A stretch of 32,000 bases of DNA from Pseudodesulfovibrio piezophilus C1TLV30 (GCF_000341895.1 NC_020409.1:2250001-2282000), one strand, 5' to 3'; counted from the stretch's first letter, positions 1-8,099 are shown. Translations and numbers: made by a program. The notes: a model not told the origin generated them from the sequence alone.

Positions 1-369
1 CCCCTCGGCGATATTCGCCTTGTCGATGGAACAGTCCTTGAGTTGACCCAATTGGAACCCATTGGGAAATATTACGTCTATCTTTCCGGCAAACTCAATG
101 ACCGCTCCTCCACAGTCATCAGCCTCACACGAATAAAAGACCTGCGCCGATGGAAATCCATCACCTTCCCAGAACCACGCACCGTTGTGATTACGACACG
201 GGACGAAAAAGAACTGAAATTTACGAGTGCCGCCCTCTACTTTGGCAATGACAGCTACGACACCTACACTTTTCGCGTCACCCCACCCGGCTCCTACCAG
301 TCAGAGATCACTGAGGTGAAGAAAAAAGATGTCATCGCCATCAACTTCAACCCGCTGAAAAATCAGTGA
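1..369 (+). CDS. hypothetical protein, C-terminal part (5' end lies left of the window)
   Basis: Frame 1 is open from base 1 (PLGDIRLVDGTVLE...) to TGA 367-369. The track ORF 43..369 is only its TTG-started tail. No motif I recognise. The stop overlaps GTG 366 of the next ORF. Confidence 0.4.
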   Translation, partial: PLGDIRLVDGTVLELTQLEPIGKYYVYLSGKLNDRSSTVISLTRIKDLRRWKSITFPEPRTVVITTRDEKELKFTSAALYFGNDSYDTYTFRVTPPGSYQSEITEVKKKDVIAINFNPLKNQ

Positions 370-371
370 CC

Positions 372-782
372 ATGAGGATGCTTCGCGCTTCTTTCTCTCT
401 GATATCGATTGCAGTCCTTCTTGCCTGCATGGCCGGATGCGGCGCGGTCATCGCAGGCAGTGCCGCTGCTCTGGGCACATATGTGTATATTGATGGGCAA
501 ACCCAAGGGAACTATGAAACCGATCTGCCCACAGCCTTCGCCGCGTCGCTGAACGCCTGTGCCGACCTGTCCATTCCCGTCACACGGGAAACCAGGGAAA
601 CGACCTCCGGCACCATCGAGGGAGTTCTCTCTGGTGATCGCGTCCACATATCCCTCGACCTCAAAGCAGAGAACGTGATCAGAATCACTGTCCGGGTCGG
701 CCTTGTGGGTAACGAAAATGCTTCGCGCCGAATCCACAGCGCCATTGCCATGCATCTTCCAACACCACGCCCAGGAAACTGA
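372..782 (+). CDS. putative lipoprotein (DUF3568-like)
   Basis: N-terminus MRMLRASFSLISIAVLLACMAGC has a basic n-region, a hydrophobic core and a lipobox (LLAC or MAGC). Start could be GTG 366, ATG 372 or ATG 378. The family name is from memory and was not searched. Confidence 0.6.
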   Translation: MRMLRASFSLISIAVLLACMAGCGAVIAGSAAALGTYVYIDGQTQGNYETDLPTAFAASLNACADLSIPVTRETRETTSGTIEGVLSGDRVHISLDLKAENVIRITVRVGLVGNENASRRIHSAIAMHLPTPRPGN

Positions 783-913
783 GAGCACGCGGTCAGCACG
801 ACTCTCCTTGACCTTCGGACAATTTCAAGATAAAAATCGGTAAGTTTCTTTTGACATATTGCCCTTGCAAAACAAGGGTGACGATTGGTGACGATATGAA
901 CAAGGAGGACGGC

Positions 914-1135
914 ATGATTCGGCTCGCCTTTGGTTCCATTCCCACCCGGATCAGTCTCAGATTGGGCACACGGAAACACTCCGCTCTCGCTATGGCCCCT
1001 CGCCTGAAGCAGGCGACCTGCATCTGGGACTCCGGACGCACGCCATGGCCCAGAGACGTTCAACTGGCCACACGAAAAAAAATTCATACAACCCCACGAG
1101 CGAGCACACGCCATGCAAGACACCTATACTCATAA
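914..1135 (+). CDS. possible 73-aa very basic leader/small protein (uncertain)
   Basis: AAGGAGG at 902-908 lies 5 nt before ATG 914. The ORF ends at TAA 1133-1135 and overlaps ATG 1113 of the next gene by 23 nt. The product is Arg/Lys/His-rich and has no family look. Confidence 0.25.
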   Translation: MIRLAFGSIPTRISLRLGTRKHSALAMAPRLKQATCIWDSGRTPWPRDVQLATRKKIHTTPRASTRHARHLYS

Positions 1136-2093
1136 GGACCTGGCCCGCCTCTGCCTGGTTTCCGAAACCACCATCAAAAGCTACCGACGCAAATTTCCCG
1201 GCTTTATTCCTGTCCTGACCCGTGGCAAACCCATCCGGTTCAAGAAGGAAGCAGGAGATGTCTGCCTCGCCATCCGCGACTGTTTTGAAAAAGGCATGTC
1301 CGTGCGCGAAACACGAAAAACCCTGAAAGAGAACTTTGCAGAACACCCAACGGCTCCGCAAAAATCCGCACAACGAACGCCATCCGCTCCGCACAGTGTT
1401 GTTTCAGAGGAATACCTGGAAAAATTTTTCGCGACCGCAGGGCAAATGATGCAGGGAATGGCCTCGCTGGCCACTGCCCAGGCCAAGGCTGGACAACGCT
1501 TACAAAAGCTGGAGGACGCCGTTGCCCGACTGGTCGAAATCGAGACTCGAAACACGGAGATGTTCTCCGAACTTCTGTCTGCCAATTCCCAGCAACCTCG
1601 ACCGCAATCTGCCACAGCACAAACGCCCGAACCAAAGCCCACAGAACAGAAAATGCGTGCTCGCAAGATTGTCAACGTCACGGATCGGGAAGGCGAAGTG
1701 AAGTCCTATGCTATTGAAAAGGACACCACTGAAATGCCTGCGAACATGGAGCGCCCATCCGACGCCTTTCTGGAGACTCCCATTGTTATCATGAATGATC
1801 AGGGTGAGTTCCTTGGAGTTCCGGGACGACTGTCTCTCGCAGGATTCCTGGAGATTCTTCTCCATGAGGCCGAAGAGGCGGGAGATTCTCAGGCCTTCTG
1901 GAAACGGGAAAATGAAACCTGGATTTTCACCATGGTCGCCCCTGATGGAGACACGCATGCGCTCTACTTCATGTCCACCACGACTCCTCGTGGCAACCTT
2001 GTGGTGCTGCTTGATGGACTGGACGTCAACAACAAGCAGACCAGCCCCCATTTTCTTCAGGAATTTTTCCGGCAGGTCAAAAGCAAAATCTGA
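1113..2093 (+). CDS. MerR/excisionase-type helix-turn-helix domain protein with an uncharacterised C-terminal domain
   Basis: N-terminus THKDLARLCLVSETTIKSYRRKFPGFIP looks like a MerR-superfamily HTH. The middle is a Q/P-rich, coiled-coil-like stretch. The C-terminal ~110 aa have no motif I recognise. Confidence 0.7.
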   Translation: MQDTYTHKDLARLCLVSETTIKSYRRKFPGFIPVLTRGKPIRFKKEAGDVCLAIRDCFEKGMSVRETRKTLKENFAEHPTAPQKSAQRTPSAPHSVVSEEYLEKFFATAGQMMQGMASLATAQAKAGQRLQKLEDAVARLVEIETRNTEMFSELLSANSQQPRPQSATAQTPEPKPTEQKMRARKIVNVTDREGEVKSYAIEKDTTEMPANMERPSDAFLETPIVIMNDQGEFLGVPGRLSLAGFLEILLHEAEEAGDSQAFWKRENETWIFTMVAPDGDTHALYFMSTTTPRGNLVVLLDGLDVNNKQTSPHFLQEFFRQVKSKI

Positions 2094-2128
2094 CTCTATT
2101 CCGGGTCATACGTTTCAAAGATATCCAA

Positions 2129-2168
2129 CAGGTCACCTTCCGACAACCGGAAAGCGGCCTGTTTTTTT
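2129..2168 (+). terminator. probable rho-independent terminator after the HTH gene
   Basis: Imperfect hairpin caggtcaccttccg...cggaaagcggcctg followed by T7 (2162-2168), 36 nt after the stop codon. Confidence 0.45.
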
Positions 2169-2284
2169 GCCTGAATGTCACGGGTAGAAGCCTATTCGGC
2201 ACGAGATCGAGCCTGATCTTCCTTGATAATTCGGCCGAATTTCCTTACATCGTGAGCATCCCAAAACACACAAGGGGGCTTTCC

Positions 2285-3562
2285 ATGAAGATATTGGTTG
2301 TCGGTGGCGGAGGACGTGAACACGCATTATGCTGGAAACTGTCGCTTAATCCCAAGGTCGAAAGAATCCTGTGCGCGCCGGGCAACGGCGGCACTGCCCA
2401 GATCGGCGAGAACTTCCCGATCAAGGATGATGATATCCCGGCTCTGGTGGCGCTCGCCAGAGATGAAGAGGTTGACCTTGTTGTTGTCGGCCCGGAGCTG
2501 CCTCTGGTGCTCGGCCTGGAAAACGCCCTTCGGCAGGAAGGTATTCCATGCTTCGGCCCCAGTGCTTATGCCGCCAATCTGGAAGGCTCCAAAGCATTTT
2601 CCAAGAATGTCATGCACGATGCAGGTGTACCCACGGCCGCGTTCCGTGTCTTTGACGAATATGACGCCGCTGTCGCTTTCATCAAGAAACAGGGCGCTCC
2701 CATCGTTGTCAAGGCTGATGGTCTGGCAGCGGGCAAGGGAGTCATCGTGGCAACAACTGAGGAAGAAGCCCTTGAGGCAGTGGAAAACATGATGGTCAAA
2801 AAGGCTTTCGGTTCCGCAGGAGACAGGGTCGTCATTGAGGAAACACTGGCAGGAGAAGAAGCCTCCTTCCTCGCTTTTTGCGACGGTCTGCACTACGCAC
2901 TACTGCCATCAAGCCAGGATCACAAAGCCGTCTTTGAAGGCGACACCGGTCCCAATACCGGCGGCATGGGAGCCTATTCCCCCGCCCCTATCCTGCCCAA
3001 AGAAAAATACGAAGAAACCGCCGAACTCTGCATCAAGCCGATTCTCAGGCACCTTGCTTCCAAGGGCGAACCCTTCAAGGGCGTGCTGTATGCAGGGCTT
3101 ATATACACCGCAGACGGTCCTTCCGTACTGGAGTACAATGTTCGCTTTGGCGACCCGGAGTGCCAGCCACTGCTCATGCGGCTTGAGACTGATCTGCTGG
3201 AGATCATGTTTGCCTGCATTGATGGCAAACTCGATCAGGTTGACGTGACGTCTACTGCACAGACGGCGTGTGGCGTTGTCATGGCCGCTGAGGGATACCC
3301 CGGCGACTACCCAAAAGGAATGCCTGTTACCGGGCTTGACGCCGCCGATGCCATGGAAGGAGTGAAGGTCTTTCAGGCCGGGACAGTTTTCGCCGATGGC
3401 GAGATTTTGACAGCAGGAGGCCGCGTCCTGTGCGTGACCGCCTTGGGTGATGGCTTGGCTGATGCTCAGAAGCGTGCATACGAGGCCGTGGAAAAAGTTC
3501 ATTTCGACAAGAGCTACTACCGCCGCGACATTGCTGACAAAGGTTTGAAGCGGCTCAAATAA
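2285..3562 (+). CDS. purD: phosphoribosylamine--glycine ligase (GAR synthetase)
   Basis: MKILVVGGGGREHALCWKL N-terminus, an ATP-grasp core and a typical PurD length. ATG 2285 is preceded by AAGGGGG. The track ORF starts earlier, at GTG 2252. Confidence 0.95.
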   Translation: MKILVVGGGGREHALCWKLSLNPKVERILCAPGNGGTAQIGENFPIKDDDIPALVALARDEEVDLVVVGPELPLVLGLENALRQEGIPCFGPSAYAANLEGSKAFSKNVMHDAGVPTAAFRVFDEYDAAVAFIKKQGAPIVVKADGLAAGKGVIVATTEEEALEAVENMMVKKAFGSAGDRVVIEETLAGEEASFLAFCDGLHYALLPSSQDHKAVFEGDTGPNTGGMGAYSPAPILPKEKYEETAELCIKPILRHLASKGEPFKGVLYAGLIYTADGPSVLEYNVRFGDPECQPLLMRLETDLLEIMFACIDGKLDQVDVTSTAQTACGVVMAAEGYPGDYPKGMPVTGLDAADAMEGVKVFQAGTVFADGEILTAGGRVLCVTALGDGLADAQKRAYEAVEKVHFDKSYYRRDIADKGLKRLK

Positions 3563-3590
3563 GATCACACGAGACATTGAGGAGAGAGCA

Positions 3591-4073
3591 ATGCCCCAGG
3601 TTGTCATTTTCATGGGTTCCATTTCCGATGAAGAAAAGATGCGTCCGTGTTCCGACCTGTTCAAAGAACTGGGTGTGGATCATGTTTTCACCATTTCATC
3701 AGCGCACCGAACCCCGGAGCGGACTGCACGACTGGTCAAGGAGTACGAAGAAACCGGTTGTCAGGTCTTCATCTGTGCAGCCGGACTGGCCGCGCACCTG
3801 GCCGGAGCGGTTGCTGCCCAAACCATCAAGCCTGTCCTTGGCGTTCCCCTGACGGCTTCGGCCTTCGGCGGCATGGATGCCATGATGGCCACCGTACAGA
3901 TGCCTCCGGGATTCCCGGTCGGCACCGTGGCTTTGGATAAGGTCGGCGCGAAAAACGCAGCGTGGCTGGCCGCACAGATTCTCGCCCTTCAGGATGAAGA
4001 ACTCGCCTCCAAGATTCACAAGGCCCGCCAAGGATTTGTGGAGTCTGTAGAAAAGGCCGCCGCCAGTCTCTAG
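3591..4073 (+). CDS. purE: N5-carboxyaminoimidazole ribonucleotide mutase
   Basis: [10 protein letters not shown]...SAHRTPER...[14 protein letters not shown] motifs typical of PurE. 160 aa. GAGGAGAG SD upstream. Confidence 0.95.
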   Translation: MPQVVIFMGSISDEEKMRPCSDLFKELGVDHVFTISSAHRTPERTARLVKEYEETGCQVFICAAGLAAHLAGAVAAQTIKPVLGVPLTASAFGGMDAMMATVQMPPGFPVGTVALDKVGAKNAAWLAAQILALQDEELASKIHKARQGFVESVEKAAASL

Positions 4074-4096
4074 CTAAAAACAGAGAATAGAACTTT

Positions 4097-4133
4097 CAAA
4101 AGCCCCGATCGGTTGCGATCGGGGCTTTTGTTG
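4097..4133. terminator. bidirectional rho-independent terminator (purE / convergent aminotransferase gene)
   Basis: Perfect 11-bp stem AGCCCCGATCG-gttg-CGATCGGGGCT (4101-4126), flanked by AAAA on the left and TTTTGTTG on the right. Confidence 0.85.
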
Positions 4134-4160
4134 TCCGATCGCCCCACAAATGAGACCAGC

Positions 4161-4931
4161 CTAGATTGGTTCGTCGAGAACAAAGGCTGTCACATCCCGA
4201 CAGGTTTCTTCATCCGGGACAAAGCCTGTCTCGCCGATGGAAACGATTGGGCGCATACCGATCATCGAATTGAGAAGATAGGCATGGCGATATTGACAGA
4301 GGTCATCGACATTCACACGCCGAGGTAGAATTTCAATAACCTTTTCCGCCAGTTCCAATGATGTGGATGGTAGGCGGTAAGGACTCTCCATCATATGAAA
4401 ATCTCCGCTACGCATCAGGACAATGGCCCCGGTGGTGGACTCAAGCAGAGTGTTATCAAAATCAGTCAATGCGGCATCATCAAACCCTTTGGCACGGGCC
4501 TGCTTGAGAGCAAGATGAAAAAACATGGAACTGGTCGTCTTCTGGGCATTCAGATCGGACACATGGCGCTCTTCGCACAGGCAGAGTCGATAAGCCTTGT
4601 ATGGCTTGCGCTTGAAAGGAACCGCCTGCACCACAGGATGGGCATCATTCCCATCAAGAGGGTAAAAGATGCTGACACGGGCAAACTCCCGCTCAAGGCC
4701 ATTGAGCTTGAGCACCTCACGGATGACCGCAGGGAAATCAATAGCCGTGTATTCGATGCGATACGTACGCAGGGCATGGAGCAATCGGTCAAGATGCAGG
4801 TCAAGATGACAGAGAGTGAAACCATTGTAACAGACTGTCTCGAAAAAGCCTGTGCCATAACGAAAAGCCGGGGCTGACGGATTGAGGGAAACCCCGCCGC
4901 TATGATACTTGCCCTTGCAATAATGGATCAT
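4161..4931 (-). CDS. class IV aminotransferase / aminodeoxychorismate lyase-like protein
   Basis: FRYGTGFFET, HLDRL and ESTTGAIVL motifs typical of fold-type IV PLP enzymes. GGGGGA SD lies 4-5 nt before ATG 4931. Confidence 0.8.
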   Translation of the reverse strand: MIHYCKGKYHSGGVSLNPSAPAFRYGTGFFETVCYNGFTLCHLDLHLDRLLHALRTYRIEYTAIDFPAVIREVLKLNGLEREFARVSIFYPLDGNDAHPVVQAVPFKRKPYKAYRLCLCEERHVSDLNAQKTTSSMFFHLALKQARAKGFDDAALTDFDNTLLESTTGAIVLMRSGDFHMMESPYRLPSTSLELAEKVIEILPRRVNVDDLCQYRHAYLLNSMIGMRPIVSIGETGFVPDEETCRDVTAFVLDEPI

Positions 4932-5035
4932 TGATCCCCCATATTGAGATTTCTTTCAAACTTACCCATGGTTTCCTGATACTCGTTTGCCGGATTAGAG
5001 TCCACTGCCATACGCCTGGTTATAAACGAAAGTCA

Positions 5036-5098
5036 GCCCGCCGGAATCGTCCGGCGGGCCATAAGAAAGCCCCCCTGCCCGAAAATCAGACCGGGGGG
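5036..5098 (-). terminator. two tandem hairpins downstream of rubrerythrin
   Basis: A C6/G6 stem (5070-5098) is followed on the minus strand by CTTTCTTAT. Then comes a perfect 10-bp stem GCCCGCCGGA-atcg-TCCGGCGGGC (5036-5059). Confidence 0.55.
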
Positions 5099-5126
5099 AG
5101 GCTTTGAGATCATGAAAAAGGTCGGT

Positions 5127-5624
5127 TTAGTCGACTTTCTTGTACGCTTTGGGAGCAGCACCGCAGATGGGACATTTGTCGGAAGGTTCGCCATCCTGAG
5201 TGTGTCCACAGACGCTACAGATATAGAAATCTGCATCAGCAAATTTGTCATCGTCAGCTTCAAGCGCAGCAGTGTACAGCTCGGCGTGGATTTTCTCGGC
5301 TTCATTGGCAAATCCGAAGTAGCGCAGAATGGCATTTTCGCCTTCGGCTTTGGCATCTTCCATCATTTCCGGGTACATGGAATTGAACTCGTAAGTCTCA
5401 CCGCTAATGGCATCCTTGAGATTCTCTTCCGTGGAGCCAATGCCTTTCATGAGGCGCAGATGAGCGTGGGCATGAATGGTCTCGGCAGCAGCGGCAGCGC
5501 GGAACAGTTTGGCAACACCTGGTTTGCCTTCGCTTTCAGCCTTGTCGGCATAGGCGAGATATTTACGGTTGGCCTGGGACTCTCCGGCAAAAGCCGCTTT
5601 CAGATTTTCCAAAGTCTTGCTCAT
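5127..5624 (-). CDS. rbr: rubrerythrin
   Basis: N-terminal diiron four-helix domain (NLKAAFAGESQANRKY..., ...ETIHAHAH...). C-terminal rubredoxin-like CSVCGH...CPICG. AAGGAG SD upstream. Confidence 0.95.
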   Translation of the reverse strand: MSKTLENLKAAFAGESQANRKYLAYADKAESEGKPGVAKLFRAAAAAETIHAHAHLRLMKGIGSTEENLKDAISGETYEFNSMYPEMMEDAKAEGENAILRYFGFANEAEKIHAELYTAALEADDDKFADADFYICSVCGHTQDGEPSDKCPICGAAPKAYKKVD

Positions 5625-5704
5625 GATAAGATCTCCTTAAAAACGTTGGTTGATTCGTTCGAGACAATATGTATCGAAGTCTGAGTCAGTATTCAAGAAA
5701 AAAA

Positions 5705-5719
5705 TGATAATAATTACTA
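5705..5719. promoter_or_regulatory. candidate Fur-family (PerR/Fur) operator upstream of rbr
   Basis: TGATAAT-a-ATTACTA matches the 7-1-7 Fur-family dyad TGATAATnATTATCA at 12 of 14 positions. It lies about 80-95 nt upstream of the rbr ATG in an AT-rich spacer. Confidence 0.4.
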
Positions 5720-5727
5720 CTTTTATT

Positions 5728-6615
5728 TTAAATACCTGATTCAAATGGAAAATCAAGAGGTCTGACAAGCTTCATCGGGGGAGGGCAGAATATGCTGAAA
5801 GGATTTTCAACCGCAAGGGTCAATTGCGAAAGTCGTTCACAATCATATGTCAGTGGGACCGGCTCCCAGAAAAGCGTCCCCTTGGTACAGACAGCAATGA
5901 GCTTCATACCGAAAAAAGCAGGATAATAAGGACGTATATTCCGCCTGTAATCAGAGGAATAAACGTGCTTTCCCGGATAATTCGGTTGCAGTTCGACCGG
6001 AGGATAATGAACGGTGGAGAGAGGGGCTGAACATGACAATTGATCGATATTCGCCTCACCGGGGAGTTCAAGCATATAATCATCGACTTGATACCCGCCA
6101 ATGCTCAAAAGGGTAAGCAAGCTTGACGGAGTGTACCAGCGAATATGCCCGCCGTGCCAAAGCCCATGCCCATAAGGGAAATGGCCGGACAGAATTTCGT
6201 ATTGCAATTTCCAGTAATGGAAATTGGGCGTGGAAATGATGGCTTTTCCACCGGGAGCCAAAAATTCCCTGACCCTGGTCAGCGTCAACCACGGGTCAAA
6301 AAGGTGCTCGACAAAGTCGTGCATGATGATCAGATTGAAATACCCTTTGAACTCATCCGGCAGGATCGGCTCGCGCTCTATGTCCACTACAGCGGCGTAG
6401 TCTATGTACCGACGAAGCTGGGCGATGGCATCCCGATCCATGTCCACGCCGAAAAGTTCTGCACACTGTTTATCTCGTTGCAGCCTGAGCAAAAGCCCGC
6501 CACGCCCGCAACCAACGTCCAAAATCCGGGACGTCTTTGCCGGAACAAGGTCATAAACCGCCTTGCGCATGAGGGATGAATTCACGATATCCATCTTCAA
6601 CTGGTCCTGATACAT
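5728..6615 (-). CDS. class I SAM-dependent methyltransferase
   Basis: Motif I ILDVGCGRGGLL with downstream acidic and hydrophobic motifs, plus a ~100-aa C-terminal extension. AGGAG SD lies 6 nt before ATG 6615. Confidence 0.85.
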   Translation of the reverse strand: MYQDQLKMDIVNSSLMRKAVYDLVPAKTSRILDVGCGRGGLLLRLQRDKQCAELFGVDMDRDAIAQLRRYIDYAAVVDIEREPILPDEFKGYFNLIIMHDFVEHLFDPWLTLTRVREFLAPGGKAIISTPNFHYWKLQYEILSGHFPYGHGLWHGGHIRWYTPSSLLTLLSIGGYQVDDYMLELPGEANIDQLSCSAPLSTVHYPPVELQPNYPGKHVYSSDYRRNIRPYYPAFFGMKLIAVCTKGTLFWEPVPLTYDCERLSQLTLAVENPFSIFCPPPMKLVRPLDFPFESGI

Positions 6616-6670
6616 AGTAACTCCTGCCGCTACAATGCAGCAGGTTCACGCATATATCAATTGCGAAGAC

Positions 6671-6729
6671 AAAAAAAGAACCGCTCCTACCCGGACGGAA
6701 AGGATGATGTATCCGGGTAGAAGCGGTTC
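6671..6729 (-). terminator. strong rho-independent terminator (minus strand)
   Basis: 18-bp stem (6678-6695 / 6712-6729). Its single non-Watson-Crick pair is C-A on the plus strand but G-U on the minus strand. It is followed on the minus strand by T7 (6671-6677). Confidence 0.8.
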
Positions 6730-6769
6730 AATACCCGCTTGATGTGGAGGCTCTGGGCCTCCGAAATAT

Positions 6770-6943
6770 TTAGGCGCTTCTGGTAAACAGCGTCAGGGCA
6801 AGGGAAGCCAGAGCAGCCACAGTCGTGGCTGTGGCAGCCATGCTCATACGGCGTGTGGAGGAGATGCGCCGAGGCACACGATTCTGCTGAGCGTGCTCAC
6901 GCAGGGCCATCATTGACAGACGGGTGTCGCAATCCATACTCAT
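6770..6943 (-). CDS. unlisted 57-aa small protein with a C-terminal transmembrane segment
   Basis: GGAAGGAGGAG SD lies 6 nt before ATG 6943. Product is MSMDCDTRLSMMALREHAQQNRVPRRISSTRRMSMAATATTVAALASLALTLFTRSA. TAA at 6770-6772, with the terminator 40 nt downstream. It is below the 60-aa cutoff of the track. Confidence 0.5.
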   Translation of the reverse strand: MSMDCDTRLSMMALREHAQQNRVPRRISSTRRMSMAATATTVAALASLALTLFTRSA

Positions 6944-7057
6944 GATATTCTCCTCCTTCCGAATTCAAAAATTCATTCAGCGCCAAACGCTTTTCCATGA
7001 CTGAACATCTACGGAAGCAATGAAGATCAATCCAATTGTTTAATTCGATCGACTTCT

Positions 7058-7070
7058 TCAGAATTTCTGA
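7058..7070. promoter_or_regulatory. T-N11-A dyad, candidate LysR-type regulator box
   Basis: Perfect palindrome TCAGAA-t-TTCTGA in the divergent intergenic region, 66 nt upstream of the LysR ATG 7136. A dyad this short is expected several times by chance in 32 kb. Confidence 0.3.
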
Positions 7071-7135
7071 TGGTGTTACGGTTCTTCATCGGTTATGATA
7101 ATCGTGTTTCAAAGAGGGAACAGAATGAGGCAGTT

Positions 7136-8014
7136 ATGGAACTTTATCAGTTGAAGACGTTTGTGGTGGTTGCGGAAGAAGGGCATCTGACACGGGCTGC
7201 CGAGCGGTTACACGCCAGTCAACCCACTGTTTCCGCGCATATCAAAGCCCTTGAGGAAGAGTTAGAGACCCGCCTTTTCATCAGGACGCCCAAGGGAATG
7301 CAACTCACTGAAGCGGGTCATCGCCTCTGCCGCCGGGCCGAAACCGTCCTCCACGCCGAACGGGAGCTCAGACTCGAAGCACGCAGCATGGGGGACGAAC
7401 TGGTCGGGGACCTGTCTCTCGGCCTGAATACCGATGCCGAATATCTGCGGATCGTCCCCCTGCTGAATTCCCTGGGAGAGGAACATCCCAAGATCACGCT
7501 TCAAATATTGCAAAGCGCCAGTACATCCGTACAGGATGCCATTCGCAAAGGCCGATTGGACTGCGGATTCATCTTTGGTGGTCCCAATCACAAGGACATC
7601 CACGGAGTCCGATTGGAAACGACCCGCTTCTATGTCGCTGTTCCCGATATCTGGAAATCGCACATTGACGGCGGGATTGAAGCTCTGGCCAAGCTGCCGT
7701 GGATCATGGACCCCAGTGACAACCCGGTGCAAAAGCTTATTTCACCTTTTTTCGACGCCCTTGGCATCAAACCGACCAACACTCTGGAAGTTGACGGAGA
7801 CGAAGTGATCCGCGTTCTGGTTGCTGCCGGGAGGGGCATCTCCTTCATGCGCGAAAACGAACTGATGATCGCCAACCGCATAGGCATTGTCCATGCCATC
7901 CCCTTTGAAGGGCTGTCCATCGACCTGCATTTCGTCTGCCTCAAGCGGCGTGACCAGGACCCTGTCATGCGCGCGGTCATCGACCATGTCTTCCGGGTCT
8001 GGTCCGAGATATAA
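7136..8014 (+). CDS. LysR-family transcriptional regulator
   Basis: MELYQLKTFVVVAEEGHLTRAAERLHASQPTVSAHIKALEEELETRLF is a canonical LTTR HTH, followed by a substrate-binding domain. GAGG SD before ATG 7136. The track ORF starts at 7070. Confidence 0.9.
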   Translation: MELYQLKTFVVVAEEGHLTRAAERLHASQPTVSAHIKALEEELETRLFIRTPKGMQLTEAGHRLCRRAETVLHAERELRLEARSMGDELVGDLSLGLNTDAEYLRIVPLLNSLGEEHPKITLQILQSASTSVQDAIRKGRLDCGFIFGGPNHKDIHGVRLETTRFYVAVPDIWKSHIDGGIEALAKLPWIMDPSDNPVQKLISPFFDALGIKPTNTLEVDGDEVIRVLVAAGRGISFMRENELMIANRIGIVHAIPFEGLSIDLHFVCLKRRDQDPVMRAVIDHVFRVWSEI

Positions 8015-8099
8015 GCACCGGAACGGGGGGCCTCACAGTGTACCTCCCGACCACTTTGGTGTATGCCGGAACAAAGACAATCAACCTCCGAGCCACTTC

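Noticed and set aside
2909-3664. Long antisense ORFs opposite recognised genes (2909-3664 vs purD, 17529-18377 vs era, 24131-25417 vs the CE4-GT4 gene, 29549-30352 vs the response regulator, 16297-16923 vs the kinase, 21159-21761 vs the MCP)
   Set aside because: In every case the opposite strand carries a full-length protein with multiple canonical family motifs. The antisense translation is Arg/Ser/Gly/Pro-rich with no motifs. This is the usual shadow-ORF pattern in moderately GC-rich genomes.
4489-4505. TGGCACgggccTGCTT as a sigma-54 promoter
   Set aside because: The GG to GC spacing is one nt short of the strict GG-N10-GC. It also lies on the antisense strand inside the aminotransferase CDS, with no downstream gene to drive.
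4928-5011. 27-codon upstream ORF (MAVDSNPANEYQETMGKFERNLNMGDQ) ending in an ATGA overlap with the aminotransferase start
   Set aside because: It has only a weak AGG 4 nt before its ATG, and the aminotransferase has its own good GGGGGA SD. The ORF is short enough to arise by chance. It cannot be excluded without Ribo-seq.
7887-8099. N-terminal 71-codon extension of the GT4 ORF overlapping the LysR gene
   Set aside because: The extension (MSMPSPLKGCPSTCISSASSGVTRT...) is low-complexity and overlaps the well-supported 3' end of lysR in another frame. The GT4 homology begins at VKIAFCTPF, so GTG 8100 is the more likely start.
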